From Raillietiella orientalis (lineage: Eukaryota): a stretch of DNA of 64,000 bases. The stretch is from NCBI GenBank assembly GCA_036172245.1, contig JAYWIR010000051.1, positions 558,001-622,000 on the forward strand, read 5' to 3'. Under the pieces are notes generated by a model, which was not told the DNA's origin, ran no database searches, and was given only the letters and a program-made list of their open reading frames with translations. The position numbers were made by a program, and so were the translations under genes. This document shows positions 1 to 12,603 of the stretch, one piece after another (position 1 is the first letter of the stretch; the number at the start of each line of letters is the position of its first letter).

Positions 1-3000
1 CGTCCCTTTACAGTCCCTTCTGCTGCGGCCTACAGCAGTGTTTCTGTTTGTCCCCGGTGAAAGCAGTTATGAAACGACAAACCACTTGAAAAGTGTTTCA
101 GCGTCGGACGGTGTTTCCCTTCTTCACCTACGAAGAAAGTTTTCTTTCAGCAGAACTCTGGGAACTGAATCCAGAGCCGCTCTCTCGTTAGACGCTGTTC
201 TAATCGTTCGACAGCTCTTTGCGAAAATCCTGCTGAATCACCCGAGTAATGTGGCAGAATTTTCTGGAAGGCTGCTGAAGGCTCAAGCTTAATTTAACTT
301 TCTATTTTTGAGACTTTCTTTGATGCGTTTATTTTCGTAACGCATTGATGTTCTACAGTAGACTGACTGTGCTGGCTTGTACATTGGGCCTGGGCAAAGT
401 TTTCAACTGGTAGCAACTCTGGACTCGGCGGAACCTCGACTGCGCCGCACAGCCAAAGAAATAGAGAGTTCGACGATTTCGACAGATGACGAGTTGAGTT
501 CTTGGGTGGTGCGGAGGTCGAAAATGGCCGCCGTTTCCAGCTTCCCCTCTGATGCCCTCTTTCCAGTTAGGTCCTGAGTTCTGTGCCTCTTCTGACACTT
601 CTAGCGAGAGGATCACGTCTACCCTCACTCTTTTCGGTTATATGCTGCCCGACCAATGTGTTCTTTTGTTTGGGCTGCCGCCAGTCGCTGTTAGCAACTG
701 TCCCGAAATGTTTGAGAAAGAACGGAGTTGCGGCCACCCTCGTTGGTACGACCGTCCCAGGGAAGCCTTCCCCGCAGTGTACACTGAGCTATTTGACATC
801 CTAAGAAGTGGAATCAGCCAAGCCGATAGAGCTGATGCTAACTGAAACGCATTCTGCGGCTTCACTCGGTTCTCATCTCAGTGTCCGTGCGTTTCCATGG
901 GATCGGTTCTTGCTGCTCGCTCATCCGTTCCCTTTAAAACTTGTTGTCAGTCTCATATTCTGGACCGCAATGTTTGGAGCACTTCCAAAGACTCAACAAG
1001 AGCGGAAAAAATTTCAAGCTGAACACCTTCGTCTAGGGATTTTTCTTTTCCGTTTCCTCGATTCCTCGTTCCCAATAAATACCGGCCACCTCCACTCTTT
1101 ACATTGAACGGCCGGATGGCCCAGCAATGGTACTCACATAATTCACATGTGGAGTGTTCAGCTGCGTCATCGCAGTGTTTTTCCGGTATCTGTGGGTTTT
1201 GAAAACGGTTGCTTTGCTTTCCATCGACTGGCTGATTCATTTTTGTTAAGGTTTGAGTGGTGGCCGATGTTGGTTGATTCAATTTTCCTGATTCTCCTCT
1301 TCCTGAAAGGATCCTTTCGTAGGAGACGACTTGGCTTCGCTTCTTAAGCTTCCTTTTCGATATGTAACCCGGGATTGTGATTCCGATAATTGCTATTAAA
1401 ACGAGTGGAAACCCATCTCTTAAAAAAAAAAAAAAAACATATTTTCCCCTTTTCTTGACATGACAGTATAATAGTTAACACTATTAACAGTACTTAACAA
1501 AAGTAGTCCACCTTCTTCCTCAATTAAGTGCACATAATCATGAGCTTTTTTGAATAATAAACAGGAGAGCAGTGATTTCAAAACCAATGACTGATTACTT
1601 TTGTGAAAATTAGGACTTTCGGGAATTTCGTGACGAACTGCGTTTAAAGTTGCGGTACCAGAATGTTTATTTACGAGGGTAGTGAAGAATGTAATGTAAC
1701 ACGTCGTTGCCTAATGCATACCCACACTTGTTCTTCAGTCAGCGAATTCTCTATGTGATGACGTTTCCTGTGACCTTTTTCCTTTCCCAACTGCTCTTCC
1801 GGCAACAGTTTTGATGCTGAGCGTCGTTCCGAGGGTTCGAATCCTTTTCGTGCTACCACGTGACTCGGCCAACCAGTGCAACCCTTCCCTCGTCGAATTT
1901 GCTGCTGCCGTGTACATGCCCCCCCCCCTTCCCTCCCCCAAGGGTTGGTCTCCAACGCCTCGAGGACCTCTCTCGGCAGCAGAAGGCACTCATAAAGGTT
2001 GTGTGCTTCGTATTTCTGTCACTCATCCATTCATTTTATTGCAAAGACTTCCTGCGAGGGATTTATACATTCCCAATTATTTCCGAGTGTGACGTACACG
2101 CTGACCACAACACCACATCGTAAATTTGTCACCTTGCGGCAGAATGCTCGTTGCATTCAGCGTGGAAACTTTCCGCGTGTAATTTCTGACATTTAACAAA
2201 AAAAAAAAAAAAACTGCTGAATCGCTTCCTTTTGAGAAAGGTATATCTGTCTGCTACTCTAAAGAGAAGAAGTAAAAGAAGACATCGAAGCAGTTTCAAG
2301 TATTTTCAGCACGAAACAGTGATCGTACACACTTGAAGATGAAGAGGTTCGTCACGATTCTGCAATGTAAGCTCGAAATCAGAATGAGCCACTTCCTCCG
2401 GTTAATTACCACTGACACCAGCACGGAGCGAACCGATGGAAGGCTTTGGATGTACTCTGATTGACACGCATCTCGAGATGAACGAAATGGAGTGAGAGGA
2501 GATGGAGCGAGAATTACAGAAATCAGCTCGCATCGGGACACCAGAAAAATAAGGGGTAAACTCTCTCTCTCTTTTTTTTTTTTTTTGCAACCTCATTTGG
2601 TGCGACATCTTGCTCAGCCAGAATGAGCACGTGAAACACGGTGTCAACACCGAGTTGTCCGGAATGGCACGAACCTTTCGGAAAAGAAGAACGTTCCCAT
2701 TCATTGCTCTCTATTCGTGTTCGTGGTCGCACGTTTGCGTCAGTACCGAGTTAAACGCGGAGGTGCTACGTGCAGCCTTAGATGTTCAGCCCAGCATCAG
2801 GTAATCAGGTCCGATGAGGGAAGGTTGCTATCTTGCCAAGAGACACAAGGTGGGAAAAAAATGAACTGACCAAATTTAGAAAAGGAATTTATGGGAAGCT
2901 GCGCTCAGTGTACCTCTTGCGTATGCAGTATCAGACTGCGGAGGCTCTCAGGGGAAATGACTACAGACCTCTCTCCTCCCGTTTGCAACCGTTCGTGTTC

Positions 3001-3279
3001 GCTTCCGGTATTTGCGTTTTCGGATGCTCTGAACTCTCCTATGAAGGTTTATTTTTTTCCTTTTCAAGACCTTCACGGTGCAGTCTGTTTCCAAGAAAAG
3101 TTTCCTCTTCACCTGTATGTCGAAGGAAACACCCTGTCCGACCCGCACGAAGTGGTTTTCCAGCGGCATGGCCTCGAGATGTGCGCCAAATTAGGTCATG
3201 CATCCGCGTTTTGCAGAAATCTGCAAGAGTACTCGTGTCGTTCAAGCTGCTCCGTGTACAAAAACACAGAGGTGTACTT

Positions 3280-3560
3280 GGCCTGAATAATAAGACTCGC
3301 TTTCGTTTCCTTCTTTGAAACGGTTTGATGATGATGCACTTGAAACATTCTTGGTTGTCCGTCGAGTACGAACAAACTGTCCATTTCAGAAAAGTCGATC
3401 ATCGAGCGAAGGAAATTTCCCCGTTCGATGGTCTCCATCTGCCGCTGTTGTGAATTCGTTTCTTGATGACTTCCCTGCCTAAGGGTTCACCGAGTTCCGG
3501 CCACGGTTAGATAACAGCGTTGTTCAATGATCCGAATCTACCAACTTGGGAACAGCAGTA
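3280..3560 (-). mobile_element. Possible decayed LINE ORF1 (zinc-knuckle) remnant
   Basis: Minus strand reads LFVLDGQPR and, after a frameshift, ECFKC, resembling the (Y)xGQPxxCxxC knuckle lead-in of L1/Tx1 ORF1 proteins. Heavily degenerate. Confidence 0.3.
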
Positions 3561-5639
3561 TTAAATGTTAAGGCTGCATTCTGCATCCCCATAGTCACCA
3601 TGTTTTCGGTTGTTAGGCAAACAACAAGGGGCAGAACACCTTTTAGCGACTCCCCAACGACCGCTTCCCCCCCTTCCCCCCCGTAAGGCTGCTGCTAATG
3701 GGAGCACACAAGGAAATCGTGATTTTCGAGGATCTCGAGACGGGGACGATCGGGAACACCCCAAAGAAATTCGGCAAAGACACGGGACTCCGAGCTGAAC
3801 TGGAAATTTTTAGCGATATTCTAAAAAAAATTTCCAGTTCGTATTGACGGAAGCAAAGGCTTTTGATTAGTGAGTGCACTTATCAATCAGTTAAAGGACT
3901 CACTTTCTTATCGAAGTTCACACGGCGCTTTTCGGACGCTGTTCCGACACTCGCACGGACCACTTTCACCAGATCCTCTCCGATCCGTGTGGCAAACCGA
4001 AATTCCCCTCTTATCCAATCCTATGATCACCAGATCTCAGAGTTTGTCGGTTCCAGTCAGTCGCATCCAGGCAGCGCGGAGCAGCTGGTCCATCACTTTT
4101 CCTGTTCCGCAGAAAAAACACCGCGGCTCCCGGAATTGGCTTCTCCCAGCGAGCACATCCGCGTGTCGCGAAGTTTGTGCAAAGGTCGCGCGCGGGTAAA
4201 GAAGACACGCAAACATGCGGAAGGATCGGGAAGTTTATTTCGGGAAGCTGGATGGTGGCCAGGGCTCGAAAAAGAGAGATTCGAAAATATTTTTTTCCAT
4301 TATTCCCGAAAAGTTCTTCCCGCGATCGTATAGACCACCAGTCTTCACCTCCTGTCCACGGAAAGCTGCATCAAGTAAAAGTTGTTCTCTTTTTTTCCAG
4401 TTTATGAGGAGAGCTTTTTTCTTTTCCCCTCAAGTTATGTATTCTGATACGTGCATGTTTATGGTTCCTGTGAAATATCAAAGAGAACCCACCAAAGATC
4501 GAAATTTGGTTGGGAAGGCAATAAACATCTTCAATTACTTGTCCAAGTTCAATGAAAGGCGTTTATGGCCACCATTGACCACGCGCTCGAAAAGCGAGGT
4601 TTATTTATTCACGCTTTCGTTTGTCTGTACAGAGATATTAAAAAAATATCATAGTGAAGACACATATTATATACATATGTATGTATGTGTGTTCCGCTTG
4701 GGAATCCTACTGTTGCCGTCGTTACCATTTTCCCTTTTGCTTCCATATCCGACACAAACTACGTGAGTTTCCTCAGGATTTCTTCTTTACGAGGATGCCG
4801 GGTCCACTTCACACCCTTCAGAAAGACCAAAATGAAAGCGAAATAAAACACTCGGAACATTACCAATATGGCATAAGAGTGTTCTCGATCCTCTGAAACA
4901 GCCCGCTATGAGTTATAGGTTCAGAGTCTCTGGACTTCCATATTTCACTATGGTTCTTTCTACTGTCTGCCAGGAGACGAGGAAAGGGTCTCTCGTAAAG
5001 ATAATTTATCTACTTGCCCTTTTATCAGCTTTCGAGGAGGCTTTGAAACTAAACAAGGCACTAAGAAAAACTTTCTGCTACGTCCTCAGTAGTGTGTATT
5101 GCGGACAATGTCGGACAAAGTGTCGAATTCTTCCGTTGCTCCATTGGATAAAACAATTCAGCAGCTACCCCTTCACTGTGTGAATCCTTGGTAAATTATC
5201 TGTGCTCTGGTCATGAACCACGTATTTCTTCTTTGGGACCTTGAAGAATTTCAAGTACACTGATTCAGGTATTGCAAAATTTCGAGAATGCTGCCGTTCT
5301 TTACGTGCAGCCCATGTTTTAAAAAAAAACATATACACGTATTGAAACGTACGTCATGTACTGTTTCAGATCGAGGTCATGTGCCATGAGTGGTATTCTT
5401 AGTACATGATCTTTGTGTTTCGGATGAACTGATATGAGCCACTACTCGGCAAGTGGATGGACGTCTGTATCATGTTTTAAAAAATTCGACGAAATCACAG
5501 AAGATAAAATCGAGTTTGGGAGGTTTTTCATGTGATGTCAGAAAGCAAAGGATATTTTGGTAAATTATTTGGTTACTCAGAGAACTTCGGAGTATTCGGA
5601 AATGGAGGAAAGGAAAAAAAAAAAAACTTTCGACCTACA

Positions 5640-6680
5640 GGTTCACTTAATTCATTTCCATTGAACATACTTTTCAATCTCTCCAAATTGATTGAATGTG
5701 GAGACTGTGCATTACCTTAGAAATTTGGTTACGAGATCAAAGGTACATCATGAAATTATGCAACCCTTGATTTTGTCTATGAAATCAATACGAAACTCGT
5801 ATTCTTGGGAACGTATCGTAGCTAAGGTGCTAGATAAATTGAAGGAAGAAGAAGAAACGAAAAAAAAAACAAAAAAACTCCAGCGTATCTGAATATGGAT
5901 GCAAGTGTTTCTCCTCTTTCCGAGAATTGAAGTTCTTCTTCATTGTAGGTTAAATGCTTCTTAATGAGAAAACTTTTGCTTTTCCTTTTCTTGGTCTGTA
6001 GACATACGCAAACTCTTCCTGTAATAACGAGTAATATTATGGAACGAATTTTCACTTAAATTTCATGAACCTGAAGGATACAGCTAAGTCAATCATTCTG
6101 TAGCGATTCTGCTTTACTCGAAAGTTCAAATTGCGGTATCCGGAAGAAAATACAGCCTTTCGCACGTATCATGTACTAACAGGTGTCGAAATGAATACGA
6201 TAAGGAGAATTTATTGCAAATGATCTTTCATCAGGACTTCCATTAGCTGTCTTCCGTAGCAGCTTCCGCCATAGGTGTTCCGGCGGCCAGACAGGTGAGG
6301 TGTAGCACAGAGACAGACTCTGCACGCATCCGTAAGTCACCAGGCAGTCGGAGCTGCTCCAGTGGATTTGCACTTGTGGAAAGAAATAATTTCTCTGAAG
6401 CCTAAGCTCAAGCAGCTCAAGTCGTGGTTCATTTTCGAGTCAAAACTGGAGGAAGAACCACCGCCCAATGCGTGGAGGCGTTTTCTTACACTCTGGCTTG
6501 ATACTGGCTTCTCCATCTTTGCGAGCACGTCTTCAACACTGCTAGGCGTTTGAGAATAGGGATGTTTTTGCACGATATGTAGGTCCTCTTCGTACTCGGG
6601 TGAAGATAGCTCCGCAGTTCCAAGGGCGGTTTGTGGGCACAGAATCGCAAAAGTCCGTGTATTTGTTTTCTGATTCACAT
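5640..6680 (-). mobile_element. Decayed Tc1/mariner-like transposase
   Basis: ORF 6337-6678 contains EEDLHIVQKHP...VSSQSVRKRLHALG, like the Tc1/Tc3 second HTH (VSxxTVRRRLxxxG). Further downstream on the minus strand AQSPH (~5695-5710) resembles WPxxSPDL. Many stops and frameshifts; no TIRs identified. Confidence 0.5.
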
Positions 6681-8181
6681 GGCAGCCCTACTGTGTGTGT
6701 GACCTTAAGCTGTCTGGAAAGCACCAGATCTCTCATTTTTCTGGAGGGGGGAGGGGGGGACAATTTTGTCGACAGAAAGCAACTACATGTCCTGTGTGAT
6801 GTGAATAACCGACGATCCCAAGTAATTTCAACAAATATTACAAACATGAAAAAGGATGATTTCTTCTTCCCACCTTCACTGCCTTTCCGAGATTTCCCAA
6901 GTGGAAGCAGGAAGCAAGAACAGCTGCAGGATTGCAAAATCCAGACACTACGGGCGTTTTAATGGTTGATTGGGGTATAAAACGGTGCATTGCGTCTTTT
7001 TTTCCTTCTTTCTTCCGTGGTAACCAACAGCTTCCAATAGTTCCCTATCCCAAGAAAGAAGGCACGTCTAACACTGTCCCCTTTGCCTCTTCTCGGAATG
7101 GGAAGGTGGGTTTCTTTTGCCAAGTGGATAATTGTAAGATTCTTAAACCCCCCCCTCCCCCCCGAGAATTACGAAGCTAGGAGTAGGGCACCAAGGCGTA
7201 GCCGATCTGGAGATTCGGTCAAAATGGAAGGTCCCCAAGTTGTTAGTAGAACGGGATCGTTCGAGGGCATGCAAGGGAGTCTTGAAATTTCGAATGGGGA
7301 AGGTTACCTACGGCATTTCATCCTTCTTCTTCCTGCTGCATCACACTGTTCCTCCGTCGAGCTGAAGCAGCTAAGTCGACCTCCTCTTTTTCTGTGGCCT
7401 TTTCAGAAGTGATGCGATGCCATGGCATCTCAGCCGTTGGGAATCCTTAGTAGTTTATTGATTGCACGATATTTTAAGCCCTGAAAACGGACTCTCGTCC
7501 GAGATCAATAAAAGTTGTTTTATTAGTATGCAATCTGTTGATAGTAATTGAGAGTTTCCTTGGGAGCCGTACCACCCCGACTTTTCCGGCTCCAGTAGAT
7601 GCCTGATGAGCTTTTATTAGCATATAACCCTAATCCACTTAATCAAGTTTTAATGCAGAATTACATATTGAATTATTAGTTCTAGGTTTTAGATTGCTAT
7701 CTATAGTCCTGCTGCACTCGATAGCACCGCTGAGATTCATGTGATTTATCATGATCTTTTGATTTACTGCCTATTAAATCAGAGTTCCTGCATTTGTCAG
7801 TAGCATTCATCCTATCCGTTTGGGGTAAAGTTTGTGCAAGAGTTTGTTCGACGTCGAGACAAGATAGCTAATTTTGCCTTTTTCATGTCTAGGGCTAGAG
7901 CATGTCAGATTGCGTTTTTGTAAGTTTGCAATTGGGAATAAAAGTCATCTTTATCGCAGGTCTCAGCAAGTTAATTGTTACTATTCACTTTTTTGTATAC
8001 TTTGAACATCAACTCTTCTGCATCCATTAAATGTGTTAAATTATGATTTTCATCTGGTTATCATCAAAGTGTTTATTGTTTGTGGCCCTGTAACTGATGT
8101 GCATTCATTGTGAGAAGATTCCACCAAAGTTGAAGGGAATACTTCAAAATCCAAGTTAACCCAAGTCGCATAAACAAAGGA

Positions 8182-10901
8182 ATGGGCTTGCACTTGAAGT
8201 TCTCAACTCATTTTAAGGAAAAACTCGTACCTAATTTGGTAACCATCGGAAGGTACGATGGAAAAACATCTTATATTACTGTGGTCACTTCAGCCAACAA
8301 GGTGAGCCATTTTTTGACATGTGGATGTGTGCACCATAGCAACAGTCCGTTTTACCTGATTGATTAATTTCATTAGGTTGCTATATATGATCCTCTGAAA
8401 ACTATTAAAGGTAGAAAATCTGCAAGCCTGCAAAGGCTCCACAAGGAGCATTCCAGCTGCATTCATTATTTACATGTTGATCAAACAATAAAAGCAATAA
8501 AAGCAAGTCCACTTAATCCACATGAAAAGAGAGATATTCTGTTTGTGGGAACCACTTATAATCTCCTGGCTTATGATGTTATAAATGAATGTGATCTTTT
8601 CTTTCGAGAAGTAATTACTAATATGTGCTAACATGCAATCTCAAATGGGATAATTCAGATACATGAAGGAGTGAATTGTCTTGATGTGGGATTCATTGAG
8701 CCATATGCAGACCCTTTAGTTGTTATAGGAGGCAAATGTTGCATGATTGGATTTGATCACAGAGGAGAAGATCCTTTTTGGTCAGTAACAGGAGATAACA
8801 TCACAGCTTTGTGTTTTCTTGATTTTCATGGTGATGGAAGAATGCAAGTATGTATGCATGGCATGAGTTCTGACATTATTGCCCATGTGGTAGTTGGCAA
8901 CAGGTTGTGAGGATTTTAGCATCCAGGTTTTTCAGAATGAAAGAATAATCACAGAAATACATGAAACTGGTGTGATTCACCAACTTTGTGCTGTAAGTCC
9001 TGGCACTTTTGGTTATATTTTACAGAATGGTACTGTTGGATTATATCATAATGGTCATCGTTGCTGGCAGATCAAAGTTTGTTTTTTGTTTTTCAAAGGG
9101 CAGTAATACTGATTACTACTATTAATACAATAGTCCAAGAATCAGCCAGTTTCTATTTTGGGATTTGATGTTACTGGTGATGGCACTAAAGAACTGGTTG
9201 TTGGTTGGAGTAATGGACAGGTGGAAGTGAGGCAGCTTTCTTCTGGAGAGGTTATTTTTACCGACAGTTTTCCATGCTCTGTAGCAGGTATCGCAATTGG
9301 AGATAGCTTGCAAGACAGCACTTCATTACTGATATGTTGCTCAGTTGACGGAGAAGGTTAGTTGCCAATATACAGTAAAGTATAACTTTAGCAGTTCGTG
9401 GTTATGCGCCATATAACCAGTTGCTTGCACCAGATGTAAAAAAAGAAAATAAAATACTGAGTGATCTTCATAAGAAGCGGCAAGATTTGTCCAGGGAACT
9501 ACAAAGCTATATTTCATGTCAGAAGAGCTGCACAATTGCCAACACAATTAGCTTACCTGTTAGTGAGCAAGTATTAATTTTGGCATTTTGTAATATTGCA
9601 CCGCACTACATTGCACGGCATGGTTTTATTTTGAAATCACCATTGAAATCTGTTGACAGGCTGATGCACAGCTTTTGTCCGAGTGTGTTGTTGAGCAGTC
9701 TCCTAGAAGTGCATCACCTTTTCTGGTAGTGAATACATTTACATTCACAATTATGATTTTCTTGATAGCTTAAGCTAACTAGCAGTACAGGTGGAAACAT
9801 CCGATTTGCAATGCTATTTGCTGAAGGAATTTTCGAAGATGGATGTTTTGTATTATATCCACCCAAAGCACAGAAATGTTTACTAATTCCTCTTCAAGTA
9901 CCACAAAATGTACCCATCAGCATTCATATCAAAGTAAGCCATGGCTCTCAGAACAGTAACTCATACTTATTTTAGGCTCTAGTGGAACTTTCAGTCAGCA
10001 ATTGTTATCACATATTGGAAAAAGAGCAGTACCTTCCTCGTTTTGCTATGTACAAAGTTTTGTTGGGAAGTACTAAGAAACTCCCTCATGGATATGTTAA
10101 GTGCCAGTTGCTGGAGAGGGCCCAGAGAGTAAGAAAACAGTGTGGGCAAATTTTTTTTTTTTACTATGTTGGCATCAGCTAATATTATGGATGCATACCA
10201 ACTTTTTGCTGCCCAAAGAAAATTTTGTAGATGCAAAAGAGTTGCATGTCACCCTTTCGAGTTTGAAAGATGGTCACTTATTAGTAATCCATTTTGTTAA
10301 TGGTAGCTTGCAAATCTGTACAGATAACATGAAGGAAGCTGGTGATGTAATCCAGTCATTGTGTGAATTTCTCAGCCTAAAAGATTTGCAAACCGAGGCT
10401 GATTTTCCTAAAGAGTTGCAGGAAACAGGAACAATGATGCAACAAGTACACCAACTTCAACAAGGACAGCATCACTTGGCTAGTCAAGTGGCTAAACAGT
10501 GTGATGTAGCTAGTGGCCTACTCCTTTATGCTGAGCAGGCTGAAATTTCAGGCGACTTGTAAGCAACATAATGTGAACTAATATCACTTTATTTGCTTGC
10601 TATAGGAGGCTGATACGAAAGTTGTATGAGGAACTGCAGCAAGTGAATGTTGAGCTGCACAACATATTGGAACAACAGGCTTACCATTACAAACAGCTTT
10701 CTGACCATTTGTCCAGTTTGTTTATGATGATTCATCATGCTTCACGTCTGAGAGGTAATCAAAATTATTTAGTTCATTTCGTGTTAATCTGAAGCAGTGG
10801 GCAAATCAGCACAGCAGGTAATAGTTCAGTGCCGCACAGCATTACAGAACAGCAACACAGAGACATTGCTTACGATCATTCAGCATGGAACTTTAGAATA
10901 G
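8182..10901 (+). CDS. BBS2: Bardet-Biedl syndrome 2 protein homolog (BBSome subunit), about 12 exons
   Basis: Exon peptides LVTIGRYDGK, VIGGKCCMIGFDHRGEDPFWSVTGDNITALC, FGYILQNGTVGLY, FDVTGDGTKELVVGWSNGQVEVR, LPRFAMY, EADFP match BBS2. Inferred GT-AG introns include 8611-8658, 8848-8893, 9077-9133, 9357-9404, 9726-9768, 9934-9975, 10129-10178, 10559-10605, 10755-10797. Stop TAG at 10899-10901. Confidence 0.93.
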
Positions 10902-10908
10902 TGTATTA

Positions 10909-12603
10909 TCACAGTAAGTTAAATGATTTCTGATAACAAGCCAACAAACTGAGAAGAACACCACCAACCAGGAGACCAATGTTCTGTATTACCAATATCA
11001 GTGCACCTGCTTGCCTACTTCCTTGGACAGCCTCTTGAAATGTACTTTTCAGCTCAGCCATCTTAATTACATGAGAGCAAAAAAGTAGGATAATAATTTG
11101 AATAATAGTATACCATGCTTCCAAGGGCAATGTACAAAAACATTCCTGCAGCAAATGCAAAAATGAAAGCATCAGCCTTATGAAATGACCCAACCAATAA
11201 GCCAATTATCAGCCCAGCATAGCATGTACATGCTGACAAAAAATTGTACAACAGTGCCTGCTGAAAAGTCATTCCTGCACTGAGAAGCACAGCAAAATCC
11301 CCTAAGCAACAAGGTGTTGATATTCTTGTACTCTACTCACCTAGTTCATGTGGGAACTCTTCACACATAACAGCAATACTAATGCTGATTCCAGTTAAGA
11401 TGCTAGTGGAAAACCCAGCACCCAAGGAAACACCATCAATAAAATTGTGAAATGCATCGCCAATTATTACCATCCAAGCAACAGAAGCAATGCGAGAATT
11501 CACTTTCTGCTCTGTACCGTTTATAGCATTTTTCTTGGGTAACTGGGCATTTTGTTCTGGTTGTGCATTTTGACCTAAAACACTGACATGATGGTAAATT
11601 GAAGGAATTTTCTGCTAAAAAAAAACATCAATCCCTAAAATGTATGCAGTCATAACTTACCACTGGGCTTACGGAGAAAAGGTAAGCAATGTGTTCTACG
11701 AGAAAAAATACATATACAGCAATCAAGACTACAATGCACAGAATGAGGTAATCTTCATGAACAGAACTCTCCATCAGATTAAACGTCTAAAATGTAAGTG
11801 AGAGAGAGAAAAAAAAAGCCAAGTTGTATTCTATTTGAAACTCTTCGGATTGTTAGAAATATAAGTTTACGTGGAAATTAACCTGTGGGATAAGATGCAC
11901 TACTGATGTACCAACCAGTGATGACACAGCTAATCCTGTTAGTCCAGTCAAAATTTTCTGATAGAAATCCTTTTTCATTAAAGGAAATAAGACTACTCCT
12001 GTTACAGATGACAAATTAATAAGTGTGACAAAAAGAAATCCATATCCCCAAGCTGTAAAAGACATTTCTCTTGGGCTTTAGACTAGGACTTAACTCACAT
12101 TCTGTTTTTGATGGCAAAACATGAATGGTTGCATTATGTGATGCAAACTGAGCATTATTGTTACATACGTTGATGTCCACGTGATATAGCAAAAGAGGGC
12201 ATAATTGTTCCAAATCTGAAGCACGTAATGCATTGCCACATGATGCACAAAAGACTGAGGAGAATGCTTCTTTCAGAGAACACTGAGAAAACATTAAAAC
12301 AAAAAATCACTTTTGTTCTAAACATACTTGGGTCCACTTGCAGAGAACATCGTAAATATCATTGTTACATATGTAGTCCACTAAATCATTTTGATTCAGC
12401 ATTAGTGATGTTGAGCTGACACCATTTCTAGGTGAAATTTTAAGATTTTCGAGAAATTCAAAAAACTGCAACTCATTCATGGTATCAGACCGTGAATACC
12501 GATAAATTAGTGTGGAATAAAAATGGGAGAAATCACTGAAGTTGTAGCTACGTGTTTCAGAAACAAATGTAGCGAAAATTAACAAACATATGCTTTTTTT
12601 CAT
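10909..12603 (-). CDS. LIV-1 family ZIP metal transporter, ZIP8/ZIP14 (SLC39A8/14)-like, 7 exons
   Basis: Signal-peptide-like N-terminus [20 protein letters not shown] motif; [13 protein letters not shown]...[41 protein letters not shown] spanning intron 11302-11340; AGMFLYIAL. Stop at 10909-10911. Confidence 0.92.

Noticed and set aside
7600..7630. CTGATGA followed by a short stem, possible hammerhead ribozyme
   Set aside because: No GAAA after the stem and no stems I/III; the same applies to CTGATGA at 21245.
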